From Girardia tigrina (lineage: Eukaryota), in the NCBI GenBank assembly GCA_001938485.1, contig MQRK01185281.1, positions 1,691-65,690 of the forward strand: 64,000 nucleotides of DNA. Direction: 5' to 3'. The notes below the pieces were generated by a model. It did no database searches, had not been told where the DNA came from, and was given only the letters and a program-made list of their open reading frames with translations. The translations under genes were made by a program, and so were the position numbers. Of this stretch, positions 1-11,579 are shown in pieces (the first letter of the stretch is position 1; each line of letters starts with the position of its first letter).

Positions 1-140
1 GTAACCGCGACCGTAACTAAGGTAATCGCGACCGCTGCTATGGTAACCGCGACCGTTGCCAGGGTAACCGCGACCGTTGCTATGGTAATCGCGACGGTTG
101 CCATGGTAACCGCGATAACCTATACCGTTGTCATGGTTAC
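1..140. repeat. 21-bp minisatellite (unit ~GGTAACCGCGACCGTTGCTAT), ~6 copies, truncated by window start
   Basis: GTAAYCGCGAC recurs every 21 nt; followed by a G/C-rich segment ending TTCCCCCTA (~182) that may be a transposon end. Confidence 0.9.
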
Positions 141-185
141 GGCTAGGGGGGGGGTGTAGGCCGAATGCCCATTTTCCCCCTACTT

Positions 186-1250
186 CAGTATGTGAAAGAA
201 AACGATACTGTAAATCAACGACGGGTTGCACGTGTCCTTGGTGTAAGTGTCTTGTGTCTTGCAAGTGTCCTCAATAAGGACAATCCTCCATGAAAATTTG
301 AACATGAAAAAGATTTTGAGCATCTGGGTGCCTTATCAACTGACTGATGATCACAAACGACAGAGTTCTGTTCATCGTTACCTCAAGCAAGAAAAGGTAA
401 AGCCTTTCAAGTTTTCTTTTCAACAAGAGTTAACAGAAGATGACCCAAATCGAAGAATTGAATTTTGTTCTTGGATAATCAACGAAAATGGCACCAATTT
501 TTGCAGAAGAATTATTTTTTCTGATGAGGCATCGTTTTACCTTAATGGTCATGTACGAAATCATAATCTTTTTTATTATTCAGAAAAGAATGAACATCGT
601 TTGATTCGTGTGCATATGAAATCGCCGGGATTAACTGTTTGGGCAGCTGTTTCCTACGACTTTGGAATAACTTTCAGTATTATCCATGAAACAATGAACC
701 AGGTACGATATGTCGACGTTCTGAATCAAAAGTTGCTGCATTTTGTTGGGGATAACACGCAACACTGGTATCAACATGTTGGCGCACTCCCGCATTACAG
801 CATTGCAGCGTGAACGTAGCTGGATGAACATTTCCCACAAATATGGATTGGTCGTAGAGGACCCCAGGAATGGTCACCTCGGTCTCCCGATTTGACGATA
901 TCTGACTTCTGGCTATGGAGTTACGTCAAAGATCGAGTTTACGCCATCGAAAATAACTATTTGAACCTCGACGAACTACAAGGCGCCATTTCAAGAGTGC
1001 TGTCAGACATCGGTCACCGTATCATTCGAAAATGCTACACGAATTTTGTGGAGCGATGCAATCTGTGTTTGCAGAAAAATGGTAAACATTTTGAACAATT
1101 ATTGTAAAACCTTTTTCTTTTCATGTCTTCAAGTTGTACTGCGTAAAAAAACCATTTCGTAATACGTTTATATCATATTCAAAAAGTTTTACATTACATC
1201 GCAGTATAGTTCCATATCTTGAGACGACAACTTATGAATCGCACGGTATA
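186..1250 (+). mobile_element. Decayed Tc1/mariner transposon, rosa (DD41D)/DUF4817-like transposase
   Basis: IIFSDEASFYLNGHV, TVWAAVS, WYQHVGALPHY, WIGRRG..WSPRSPDLTISDFWLWSYVKDRVY, C-terminal GKHFEQLL; internal stops; putative 3' TIR ending CACGGTATA ~1250. Confidence 0.85.
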
Positions 1251-1255
1251 TTAAT

Positions 1256-1945
1256 TTGTGTCATATGATCACTTTTCATATTGGATTTAAAAGGTTGTCG
1301 GTAAAAATGGAGTTTTCAAAATCTAGCAGTCGATTATATGCATACGTTGAGTGGAAAAATGGAACGACTGCAGCTGAAACCTATAGAAAGTTGTTCAATG
1401 CCTTCCCTGATGATTGCCCAACGGAACGCATAATAAGAAACTGGTTCTTTGATTTTACCTCAGGCAAGCGGCTATCGTTGGACGAACACCCACGAAGTGG
1501 ACGTCCTTCAGCAACAACAACTGATGATTTGATTGAAAAAGTTAGGAACATAATTGAGCAGGATGAAAGAATGTCTTTAAGACACACAAGTGAAATGCTT
1601 GATGTCAACAAAGAATCAATAAGGACAATTCTCCATGAAAATTTGAACATGAAAAAGATTTTGAGCATCTGAGTGCCTTATCAACTGACTGATGATCACA
1701 AACGACAACGTATTGAATCCTCGAGAAATTTTTTGCAACTTGTGCAACAATATGGGAAAGAATACTTGATGAAACGATGGATAACAGTTGATGAAACGTG
1801 GATATCATTTTCCTCTACATTATGGAGATCCCACTTACGAGTATGGGCAAGTGGAGATGATCCTCGACCACGTGTTGTTCAAAACAAAAAATTTGGACGA
1901 AGAACGACCTCCTCATGTGAACTGGCTCTTACTATGAAAATGGGT
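1256..1945 (+). mobile_element. 5' half of a mariner (DD34D) transposase, with nonsense mutation and 3' truncation
   Basis: HTH region, D.PRSGRP motif, W(stop)VPYQL (WVPHEL-like), ITVDETW first catalytic Asp. Confidence 0.9.
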
Positions 1946-2109
1946 TAAAAAATGGAAGAGGTGAAAATCAGAAGTGGTAGGTAATGGCTGTATGCAGGGT
2001 GCAGTAGGACATCAATACCTGATAGCTTCTGTTGTTTCTGTGGCACTTTCAATAAAGTATGGGCTAGAGGATTGTCACGAAGATGTGCTTTTCCATAATT
2101 CATTAATGA

Positions 2110-2545
2110 GGGGTATTAAGAACACCAATTTGACTTTTTATATTTTTATTTAAACAACAATTTTGATTGTCCTCAAGACAATCTTTGTCTAAACTTTCGT
2201 ACATTTGCATTCAAAGCGAAATTGATTAATGCATTAATTCTCATTATTTTTTTAGCAAATGGGGAAATAAATATTTCAATAAACTCAAAACTTATTGGAT
2301 AATAATTAAAATAATAATTAATTATTTAAAAAATATTAATTTGATTTATTTATTAAATATTATAAAACTTAATTAACTTATTTAAAATTTTAATATTATT
2401 TGAAATTAAAAATAAATTTAAACATTACATATTTTTAGATGATAAGAATTAAAACATTAATCATCCATCTGGGTAGGAGAAACACATTTCCAAATCAACA
2501 TACACATTCCAACACCAAACATCAAACATTCAAATATTCCTCACA
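2110..2545 (-). repeat. TG-terminal dispersed repeat, copy A (LTR-like 5' end)
   Basis: Minus strand starts TGTGAGGAATATTTG and contains CCTACCCAGATGG; internal segment matches 44940-45000. Confidence 0.75.
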
Positions 2546-2549
2546 AGGG

Positions 2550-3323
2550 GTACTTAATACTCAGAACACAGTGAACGCACACCAGCTGTTTGGCTTAGAG
2601 TTTTGAGTTTATAGTTCGACCCTCTGCTTCGAGCTTCCAGTGCACAAGACCTTTGAAATTCCACAACACGCACATCTTTTTTCGAAACATTGAGTTGAGA
2701 CAACATGTTGAGCTGACTGACCACATTGCAGCCACTGCTTTCAGCCCACCGAATCGCGAAAGACGACCCATTTTCAGGACCCGTTTCAATTCGGTTTCTT
2801 AAGCGTTTATCTCGAGGGTTGGTGAGGAGTTTGCGGTAGAGGAATTGTGCTTTTGGAAGAACTGAGTTCTTCCTACAGTATGTGGGTACTCAAACTTGGT
2901 GGTTGTTTCACAGGGACGTGCAGCTTCTTCTGATTTACCACCGACGGTTGTACTCAGTGTGATTCAATTTCAAGACTGGTTTTACCTTACTTGAAGCGCT
3001 GGAACCACCATCAATTTGTGCAATTATTCACTACATTTTGACCTTTAACATCACATATTCCAAGAGTTAAGGCTTCCGCTGTAAGACTTCTTTTATAGGA
3101 GTAAATATAAATGTATCGAATAGTTGTCTTTTTTGTCTGTCATTTTACATGAAATATAACACACTATATCAATAATAAAAAATAATTTTGTAACAGAAAT
3201 ATGTACACCTATTAAAGATCTTTAAAATAATGTCAAAATTGGCGCCAGAAAGTTAATGTATAATAGAAATAGAAAAACAAATGGAACATTGAAGACTTTA
3301 ATAGTTTTTGGGACAACCTGTTA
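2550..3323 (-). mobile_element. Decayed mariner transposon, 5' part
   Basis: Minus-strand WWFQRFK.G, (W)VPH-like, KKMCVLWNFKGLVHW...GRTINS; TIR-like end at GGGACAACCTGTTA ~3310-3323. Confidence 0.75.
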
Positions 3324-3482
3324 AGGGATTTTTCAGCTGCTATATTTCGATTCCAAAGTTTTTCTTTGAAACTTTTGTTCTCGTACTTTTAATTTATGCG
3401 AAGAAAAAATAATTCTAAACGTAAATATATCTTTTATTAGTAGGAAATGTTGATGACGACTTATGAAGGACCCGGCGAACAT

Positions 3483-3522
3483 CCTCTGACGGCGCGAATA
3501 ATAGTCGCGAAATATTTTATCT
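3483..3522 (+). ncRNA. Degenerate minimal hammerhead-like motif (probable Penelope-like 3' end)
   Basis: CTGACGG (vs CUGANGA), stem GCGA/TCGC, GAAA; core mismatch and weak stem I. Confidence 0.35.
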
Positions 3523-4530
3523 TAATGTTTACATCTGCATCACTTTCATATTCATTTTTGATGTCTTAACTTTTTATATTTTTAATGATGCTTTGTTATA
3601 GATGAAATAACAACTTTTGGTGTCAGCCTCTGGAAATGATTCGTCAGCAGCAGGTTTGCTTGCTTCTCGAAATCGGTTAAACTTCTACTTGGGTTTACAA
3701 ATGTCTTCTGGAGCAAATCGAGTGTATTGATTCTAAGAAGGCTTTCAAACCGTGTTTGACATTATTCTACGAAGAGCGTTCAAATACTGAAGATGGTAAA
3801 CTGCTAGCAAGTTTACAAATTAACTGCGTGCTGTCGAACAATATCTCTTTTGATAGAGGTAAAATTATCACCTTTCTTTCAGTTATTTTTAATCTCCTCT
3901 TCTTTTTTTGTGAAATAAGTCGGTTGATTGACTCCGTCACTTTCGGCATTTATAACGCAGTCTCATCAACTCACGTGTTTTACTTTCTAAACGTACGGGT
4001 CCATACACCATTAATTTGATTCAAAAAGGACCCTTTTCATAGTGAACGAATTTCCGATACAGCAACAAGAAGTTGTATATTCTCCATTGCTTTAAATGCT
4101 AAATCAGACCTTACAGGGTGTAGAGCTTACTTGATGCGGTCAAAATTCTCAACTGCCCTCAATATTAATCAACTCCTATGCTTTGCTTCTGAGGAGTGGC
4201 TTACTTCTAGGATCGTTGCGATGTCCTCCCCAGTAAATGGAACGACCAACTTTAGGAATGACTGATGTCAATGACGCTAGAATATAATGTTCCGGAATGT
4301 TAATCCTAAGCAATAGTCCAATCCTCTATTTCAACAAAAATGTGTTTCCAAGTGCAAAAAAAGTGTTGAAGAACTTGGGTTCACGGAAAGAAAGGACGTT
4401 CATTCGACAGGATATTCTTTCAAAGGATATTACTACAAAATACATTTTTCGACAAAAGCATTACTCAATATTGTTATTTTAGCTAATTTTAAATGAGTTC
4501 CCTGCAAAATAAACAGTTAAATAAAGAGAC

Positions 4531-6130
4531 TTACATCATTTTTCCAAGATTCACAAACAAGTCTTCTTTATTATTGTCGGTTTGAAGAAAGAGATCAATG
4601 AGTCGAGTGTCTTGCGCCAGATGAGCGTAAAGACGCAGCTCAATTTGGAAAAAGTCAGCGGATACGTACGTGTAATTGTTGGAGGATAAAAACAACGATT
4701 TGACATCGATTGAAATTCCCGGAGTCATATCTTTATACTTGCTCCGAGGAAAGGCCTGTTTAAAACATGTTAGGACCAAAATAAGTTGTTTCGTTGTACT
4801 TGTAAATTGGGTTTCGAACAATATATCCGTCCGGTGATGGCAGAACTCTGGTCCCAGGTGCCGCAGATCCTTCTTTTGTCATGATCCATAAAAGACATGT
4901 ACGAATCAACATAAATTGCCCTAATTTTGTTGATCTATGCATTATTAGTAAACGATTAAAGGACACTCTTTGCAACAAAAATATTTGATACATAAAAAGC
5001 CTACCTTTGACCTTTAACAACAAGCTCGTAACAGAAATGAGACAATATAATAAATTATCGAAGGAAAACTGGAAAAAAAACTCACTTGTCGGTACTTGAT
5101 AATCAGATCCGGCAGCGGATGGAACGCTGCTAATTTGGAAAGAATGGTTTCGTTTGTTGAACGAATCTTAATAAGATTTTTAATCCCCATACTGCTTTGT
5201 CGCTTTTCGCTCAGATTATCGTGCAGCTTAAGCTTTGTATACAATATCTGCAAAGAAATATTAATGTCTTTCTAATGTGTTTTTGTAACTTCTCTCAAGC
5301 AAATCGGACTTGTCAGACATAACTGAGACCCCCCGGCTGCAATAACCTGATTCTCTAATGATTGGAGGACACTCTAAAAGGTCGATGTACCATCTTCGAT
5401 AAATCAGCAATAAATAAATCAGATAAAACCTTGGTATTAATTTGAAACTGTTTCCAACTGTCGAGATCAATAGCTATGCCAAAAAATTCAAGTCCTGCCA
5501 AAATAGCATTAACAGAACAGGAAATACGGATAAAAGCGTCCAACGAATTGAGACGTGTGATTTGACCGAGTAATCTATCGTAGAGATCAAACAGATCCAA
5601 CTTGTCGGACGATTGGTCAGGCTCCGTGACAGTACCCTGTGTTATACATTATTAATGCTGCTCAGCAGAAACAAGGTCAATTGGTATACGGGTGTCTACT
5701 CGTAAAAGTTGCTTAAAACAATATGAGAGTATCACGTATAAACTGGTATTTGTGTCTAAAATCTGATACTAGTATACAATTTTATTTACGACTTTATATT
5801 TTTACCCAGAATAAGGTCTTCTCGAGAAATAATGAGACCCTTATTTAACAGAACTGACTTAGACCTTACATTGATATGTTGTCCTTCTCTTTCCAACCAG
5901 TCTTCTTGGGATGCTTCTCTTTTCTCTCAAACTGTGAAACCAAATTACAATCGTCTTTTATACAAGTAGTAAACAGTAATGATCGAATCAAAAAAGTATT
6001 CATTTTGCTCAATATCCTCATTTATCTAGCTCGGTAAACGTTTGATGAAGAACTTCTTCTGATGAACCGCATCCTAATCTAGTTGTGTTTTATTTATATG
6101 CAATTTGATTTCTGCAACTGCCTCAATTTG
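4531..6130 (-). pseudogene. POLN: DNA polymerase nu (family A) partial, intron-containing, disrupted copy
   Basis: Exons give ILAGLEFFGIAID, ILYTKLKLH, STNETILSKLAAFHPLPDLIIKYRQ, WDQSSAITGRIYCSKPNLQ and motif A SADFFQIELRLYAHLAQD..LIDLF; GT-AG introns ~4757-4798, ~4935-5086, ~5249-5347; in-frame TAG at 5355-5357; motifs B and C not found downstream; 5' limit approximate. Confidence 0.8.
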
Positions 6131-6269
6131 ACTAAAATTGTGTTCCACTCACAAATGTAATAAACTATTTATTAAAAATAAAAGGAAATTTAGATGCCGT
6201 CAACGATACTTCGATAAGGAAACTTCCAGTAGTCTCATGGTTGGACATCCATGATACGGGTATTTTCAT

Positions 6270-6752
6270 ATGGAAGGTTCAACCACATTCAGAAACATCA
6301 CGAGAACATTTTCAAATAAATTTTGTTTATATTTGAAAAACCACCTATTAACAACATCAATACTAGTTTTACAACATTTGTTAATATCACAAGCGCACTC
6401 ACTATTTGACATTTTTCATGATCGATATATTTCTGAGTTCAAACTAATTATTTTCAATAAATGAAAATCTTTTAATAAAAATTATTAATTAAAAAGATTC
6501 TACTTGTTTAAAATGAAATCTAAACATTTTTAAAAAAGAACACATTAAATTAATATATTAAAATTTTAAATTACATTAAAAAATAAATAAAACATTCAAA
6601 AATTATTTTAAATCTTTTTACTTTAAAATTAAATTATTCCCAATTAGCTGAATCAAAGAAAATACCAATCATCCATCTGTGTAGGAGAGACACAATTCGA
6701 ATCAATATACAACATGCACAATATCAACACACAATTCAAAACATTCCTCACA
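6270..6752 (-). repeat. TG-terminal dispersed repeat, copy B
   Basis: Minus strand starts TGTGAGGAATG, has CCTACACAGATGG and a short ORF starting MSNSECAC near 6414. Confidence 0.75.
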
Positions 6753-7581
6753 CCACCTAGATCGTTTTCTGTCGAAGGATCAATACTTAAAACACGAATT
6801 ATAGGTACGATAAAGTCATTATTCTACAGTAATTCTTCGATCCACAAAAAAGCTAGAACTTTAATTTGAAGAGATAAAACTAAATAACAGTAACCTTTAG
6901 AAAGCACAAATCTAAAAGCCTCCATCAATTATGATGAATAACTGTGCATACATAGTTAACTACGATATTCACCATTGACACAGGGTAATTAATCATATAA
7001 TGTGTATCGAGTGGAAACCCAAAAAAATACAAGAGCTTCAGATACTCTCACATGGCTTTGGACGCAAGAGGTCTTCAGTGAACGGGTATGTTTCGGTTAG
7101 AAAGCATATCTTGCAACACTTTTTAGAGTATCAATGTATTCTTTGAAGACGTCATTCTCGAACAATACTCGCATCAAGATAAAAAAGCAGCATAAATACA
7201 GAAACACGGATTGCTGATAGGGGATTGAATAAATAAATAAATAATTCAATTTGAATGAAGAGCAAACTCTAGTTTAGACACTTTTAGAGAAATCCTTTTG
7301 TCGGGAGACTGATACTGCTCAAATTATTCAGTTATTAAATGATTTAATTAAAATAAGACTTAATGAATTAAAAGTAACAAATCACACTTTAATTTATCAT
7401 AAATAAAAAACATTTATTTACAAAAGATAATTTGCAAAATTTATTTTCTGTGATAAGTCGTACAATAAGAGAAAGATTATTTATCTTTGGGGTAAATAAA
7501 CGCGAAAACAAATAAGATAATTGAGAAGTTCAGAACAAAAGAAGATAATTTATTGAGACTTGCAAATAACAGTGGAAATGG

Positions 7582-7671
7582 GAGGAATACATGACGCAGA
7601 AGACGCGGGAAGGAGACTGAGATAAATACGAGGAATACATGACGCAGAAGAAGCGGGAAGGAGACTGAGAT
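7582..7671. repeat. 48-bp-period tandem duplication inside an orphan ORF remnant
   Basis: GAGGAATACATGACGCAGAAGAMGCGGGAAGGAGACTGAGAT at 7582 and 7630; LSLLPASSASCIP repeated in ORF 7550-7801(-). Confidence 0.9.
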
Positions 7672-10600
7672 TAATGCCGTTGGTTCTGTTATTACTCGAA
7701 GAACCAGGAAAGAACTTTGTGACTTGGAATTTGGATTTGTGACGATTGCGAATTATTTTCAATGACAAATATAAATGATTTCGGATAAAATATTTCCACA
7801 TGTGTTGTCGAGGGAGACTCGAAGGAGGGTTGACATTACATGTATAAGAGTAAAGGTTATTCAGATTAATCTCGTTAGACCGGATTTGTTACAATTGATA
7901 TTAAAATTATTAATTCGATCAATTGAAAATTTTTAAAATGAAAATCATTAAATTAATTCTATTTTGTAAATTTTTTATTGGTCAATATTAAAATATTTAA
8001 TTTCTGAAATGTATAAAATAATCATGAAACCATAATATTAATTTAATTATATAAAATAGAAATACTTGTTCAAATAAATATTTGAAAACAATTCATTATA
8101 AACTATTATCAATTTAGCTCAATATCAACTGACGAACGTTTTGTTTAGTGTTGTCCTAGAGACAATTCGAATTATTGTTCTTTATATGGCAACACACGAC
8201 CAAACGACTCCGAACTTTAGAGGTCCAGTGATATTGGATGGATGTGAGTGAAAAAGAGAGCCATTCATAATGAGCAGATTGGCGCAGGTCACGGGATAGA
8301 CAATAGAAAGGAGAATCTTAATAGTAGTTAAGATTTAGAACAGTGTTCCAGAAATATAGCAACGGCAGCATAAACCAGTGTCGAAACAAGGAAGAACCTT
8401 TGAAATATTTCTACCCACAATATTAAAATTTTAAATAAATCGGTAAAATAAAATATTTTAAAAATTTTATTAAGTATTTATGAAAAAGTTGACATTTTTT
8501 TCGAGGTGATCGCAGATCATTAATAATTTAAGTGTATCGAGTCGGGGGTGTTTTGAGAAGTTGATCTGAAAGTAAAAATTCTGTCGGTATTGAAAAGCAT
8601 CAAAAAAATTTTTAAACATTTTGTTGTAAAATAATTTAAGACTTTCAAAGAGGATGTTTCGTTTGGTGAGTTAGGTAGTCTGATAAATGATAAGCCACTC
8701 GGTACCACGGTACATGAGTCTAGGAATCGTTGGGTCTAGCTATTTTGACTGGAAAAATAGTTCATCAGTGTATTGATTAGCTTCACAGGTACAAAACTAA
8801 TCAGAATTAATTAAAAAAATACAAAGTACTTCTGTTAAAAAACACCAGTTCTGAATCAGACCTCCAGAACTATTGTTGAGCCTCATCAACTCATCAGATT
8901 AAATGTAATCACATGAAGCCCTAGCTATTGGATTCAGTGGTTCCATATTTGTTTATTGAATAATATCTTCGCTCATGACGCAATTTTATTTCAGGATGCA
9001 CAAGAACCCAGTCCATGTGGAGAGGCACCTGTCCCAAGATACACAGGATACCAACCGAGCAACGAAGACAACAAGATAATTTGGAATCATCTTCATGTTA
9101 ATTGTCAGTTACATTAAGATTCGAATTCTTTAATAAGCAAAATAACAATTTTATTATAAAGGAAATTCGCGCAAATTTTCTCCTTCTTTCCTAATTTCAA
9201 TCATTTGATCATTCGATCAATCAGCGATCATTTCGCCGATCTCTCTATTCGATTAATCTTCTATTTAAAAATCACAATTACCCTACTTTAATTTTGAAGC
9301 TCTCGAGAGGAAAATAATATTTAATCCAACTTAAAGTTTATTTCTTTCGAAAATCGGAAGCAATATTTATTCCATTTTAATAACAAGTCATTTGTTTCAA
9401 TCATTGAAACTAACCGAAATCGTGAAGATTAACTACCAGATCGATAGAACAAGTCGGCAAACCATTCCCAAGAAGACAAAACGTTCACTGTGACATACGT
9501 GGCTGGGATCAACTAATATTTGCGTCCAAAACGTTAATAGTGAACTTTGTTAACACAGCGTTTCTAAGGATATATTCTAGTTTGTCACATACACAAATAT
9601 ACGAATGTGGTTCCACTAGTTAAATGTCCTCTACCTTTATATGTTATTCGAACTGTCAGAGATCCTTTAACATACACGAAATGAAAAGAACTTCTTATTA
9701 AGGAGTTGGTGCAAGGAAAATGTGTCATGAAGAAAGTTTTGATTAAAAATATAATTAATATTGTGAGTGAAGTCACCGGGATAGAAATGCTGAGTATATT
9801 TTATCACTTGAAACAGGCCGTAATCCTCTGTGGTATTCAGCAAACTCGAGGATATTGTTTCATCACACTTGACAAATGATTCAATGTGAGGGAATAAGTC
9901 GCTGACGCGGGCCAACAAAGTCTGCTATGGGACGACGGCCCTCACTCGTTTCCCCTGACATCCGTCAACAGCCTCTTCAAAACGTAACTCAATATCTTCC
10001 AGTCCGTCCCTATCGTCCCAGGCGCGGATTTCACAAACAATGAAACGTAAATCTATTTTTGTACTTTATGATTTCAGCCACCGAGACATGTCGTTGTAAA
10101 ATTATTGAATTTCCCTCTGAAGTAATTATATTTTATTATTCCGGAACACAATAAAGGGACTTATTGAAGAGAGACATCATCTCCCATCAACAATCACTAG
10201 AAGGAACTAGTGATACCAGAGATGTATTCCGAGTTGCAGAAGACGTTTGATGTCCCCGAATGTCTTTCTGCAGCCACTGAAATACGGAGACAAAAGATGA
10301 ATTCAAAATTTATTGAAAAACGTTTTCCCAGCTTAAGATTCTGGACGCAAGAGATACAAAACCAATATTATCAATTCAGAGCCATGTTTGTAGGACCCCG
10401 ATTGATAACTCTAATTCTATCTTATTCTAGTGTCTCCATGCCGCCTTGACACGAGCATCTTTGCCATCCCCTCATCAGCACTAGGCTAAGGAATCCGTTA
10501 GAATTATTAGGATTTTATACGCAAGGAAGAAATATATCACAATCCACATCGGAATAAAACGAAATCAGGAGTACCAGATTATTATAGAACCATGTTATGG

Positions 10601-10793
10601 AAGGAACACATTTCTAAAGATATCTTTTCCCTGTTTAAAGATGGAGAAATAGACATTCAAATAGTCGAAGGTTGCCAAGTCGAGTGTTTCACAATGTCTA
10701 AACAATTTTTGTGAAAGTCACAATAACAATAAACAGTTAACGTTTAATTTGAAATAAGGTTTATGGTCAATAATTAATAATGCCTTGTTAAAT

Positions 10794-11575
10794 TTAAATG
10801 ATCAAGTATAGGAGGGAAACAGTTCTCGCGATAAGTAAGGACCTAACGACCCTATGTATTAATGGACACGCACTGCTCATCAAGGGTGCAAATAAACCTA
10901 CCTTCGGGTTGAAAAAACGTCTTAGATCATCCACAGTGCGACAAGCATTTTCACCAGGATTCAAATAATTATGACCCAGTTGCAGATCGATTAACGGATG
11001 ATCACAGAGAAAAGCTAGAATGGCATTCAGTCGGGTAGCCGCTGGAAATATAAAATAAATCAGTATTAATATAGACAAAAGGATTGATAAAAAAACAAAA
11101 GATAAATGAGAAACATACAAAAAGATAAATCCACTTGACATGATTCGAGAATATCTCGAACGATAATTTTACTGGAAAAAGTGATCACGGAGAGGGTAGC
11201 CGCATTGCGACTCTGGCAGTAACACAATACATAGATCACCACCCAGCTGTGTCGCCGAGATACAAGTGCTCGAGTAGAGTCTTTGCAGCGGCGGTCAGTT
11301 AATATCTGAATGATACGCGATGAGCTAAATCTCAGTTGATTAGAGAAAATATTACCAACGAATCCCCGTCTATTTCTATTGACAAGCAATCGGTTTCGAC
11401 AAACAAATCTTTAACTGAATCAATAACATTGCGTCTCTCATTTACAATGACCTCCGTGGTGATAAATGCCTCCATGAATGGATTGTCGTCATCTCTAGAC
11501 AAGAAACCACGTTACAGATTCCATTAATATTGACTACCGATACAACCTCCAAGTGCTTCCCGAGATTAGAGTTAT
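10794..11575 (-). pseudogene. Orphan spliced gene remnant, 5' end cut off at a mariner insertion
   Basis: Intron 11042-11118 (GTATGT...TTCCAG) joins ORF 11066-11389 in frame to ORF 10794-11141; apparent frameshift further upstream; no recognised homology. Confidence 0.5.
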
Positions 11576-11579
11576 ATGT

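Noticed and set aside
1-140. CRISPR-like array
   Set aside because: Contiguous 21-bp units with no unique spacers, no cas genes, eukaryotic context
2110-6752. Repeat copies A and B as paired LTRs of one intact retrotransposon
   Set aside because: Too divergent from each other, no RT or integrase between them, no TSD identified
6760-7400. Possible DDE transposase remnant (IMMNNCAY)
   Set aside because: Too degenerate to call from one weak motif
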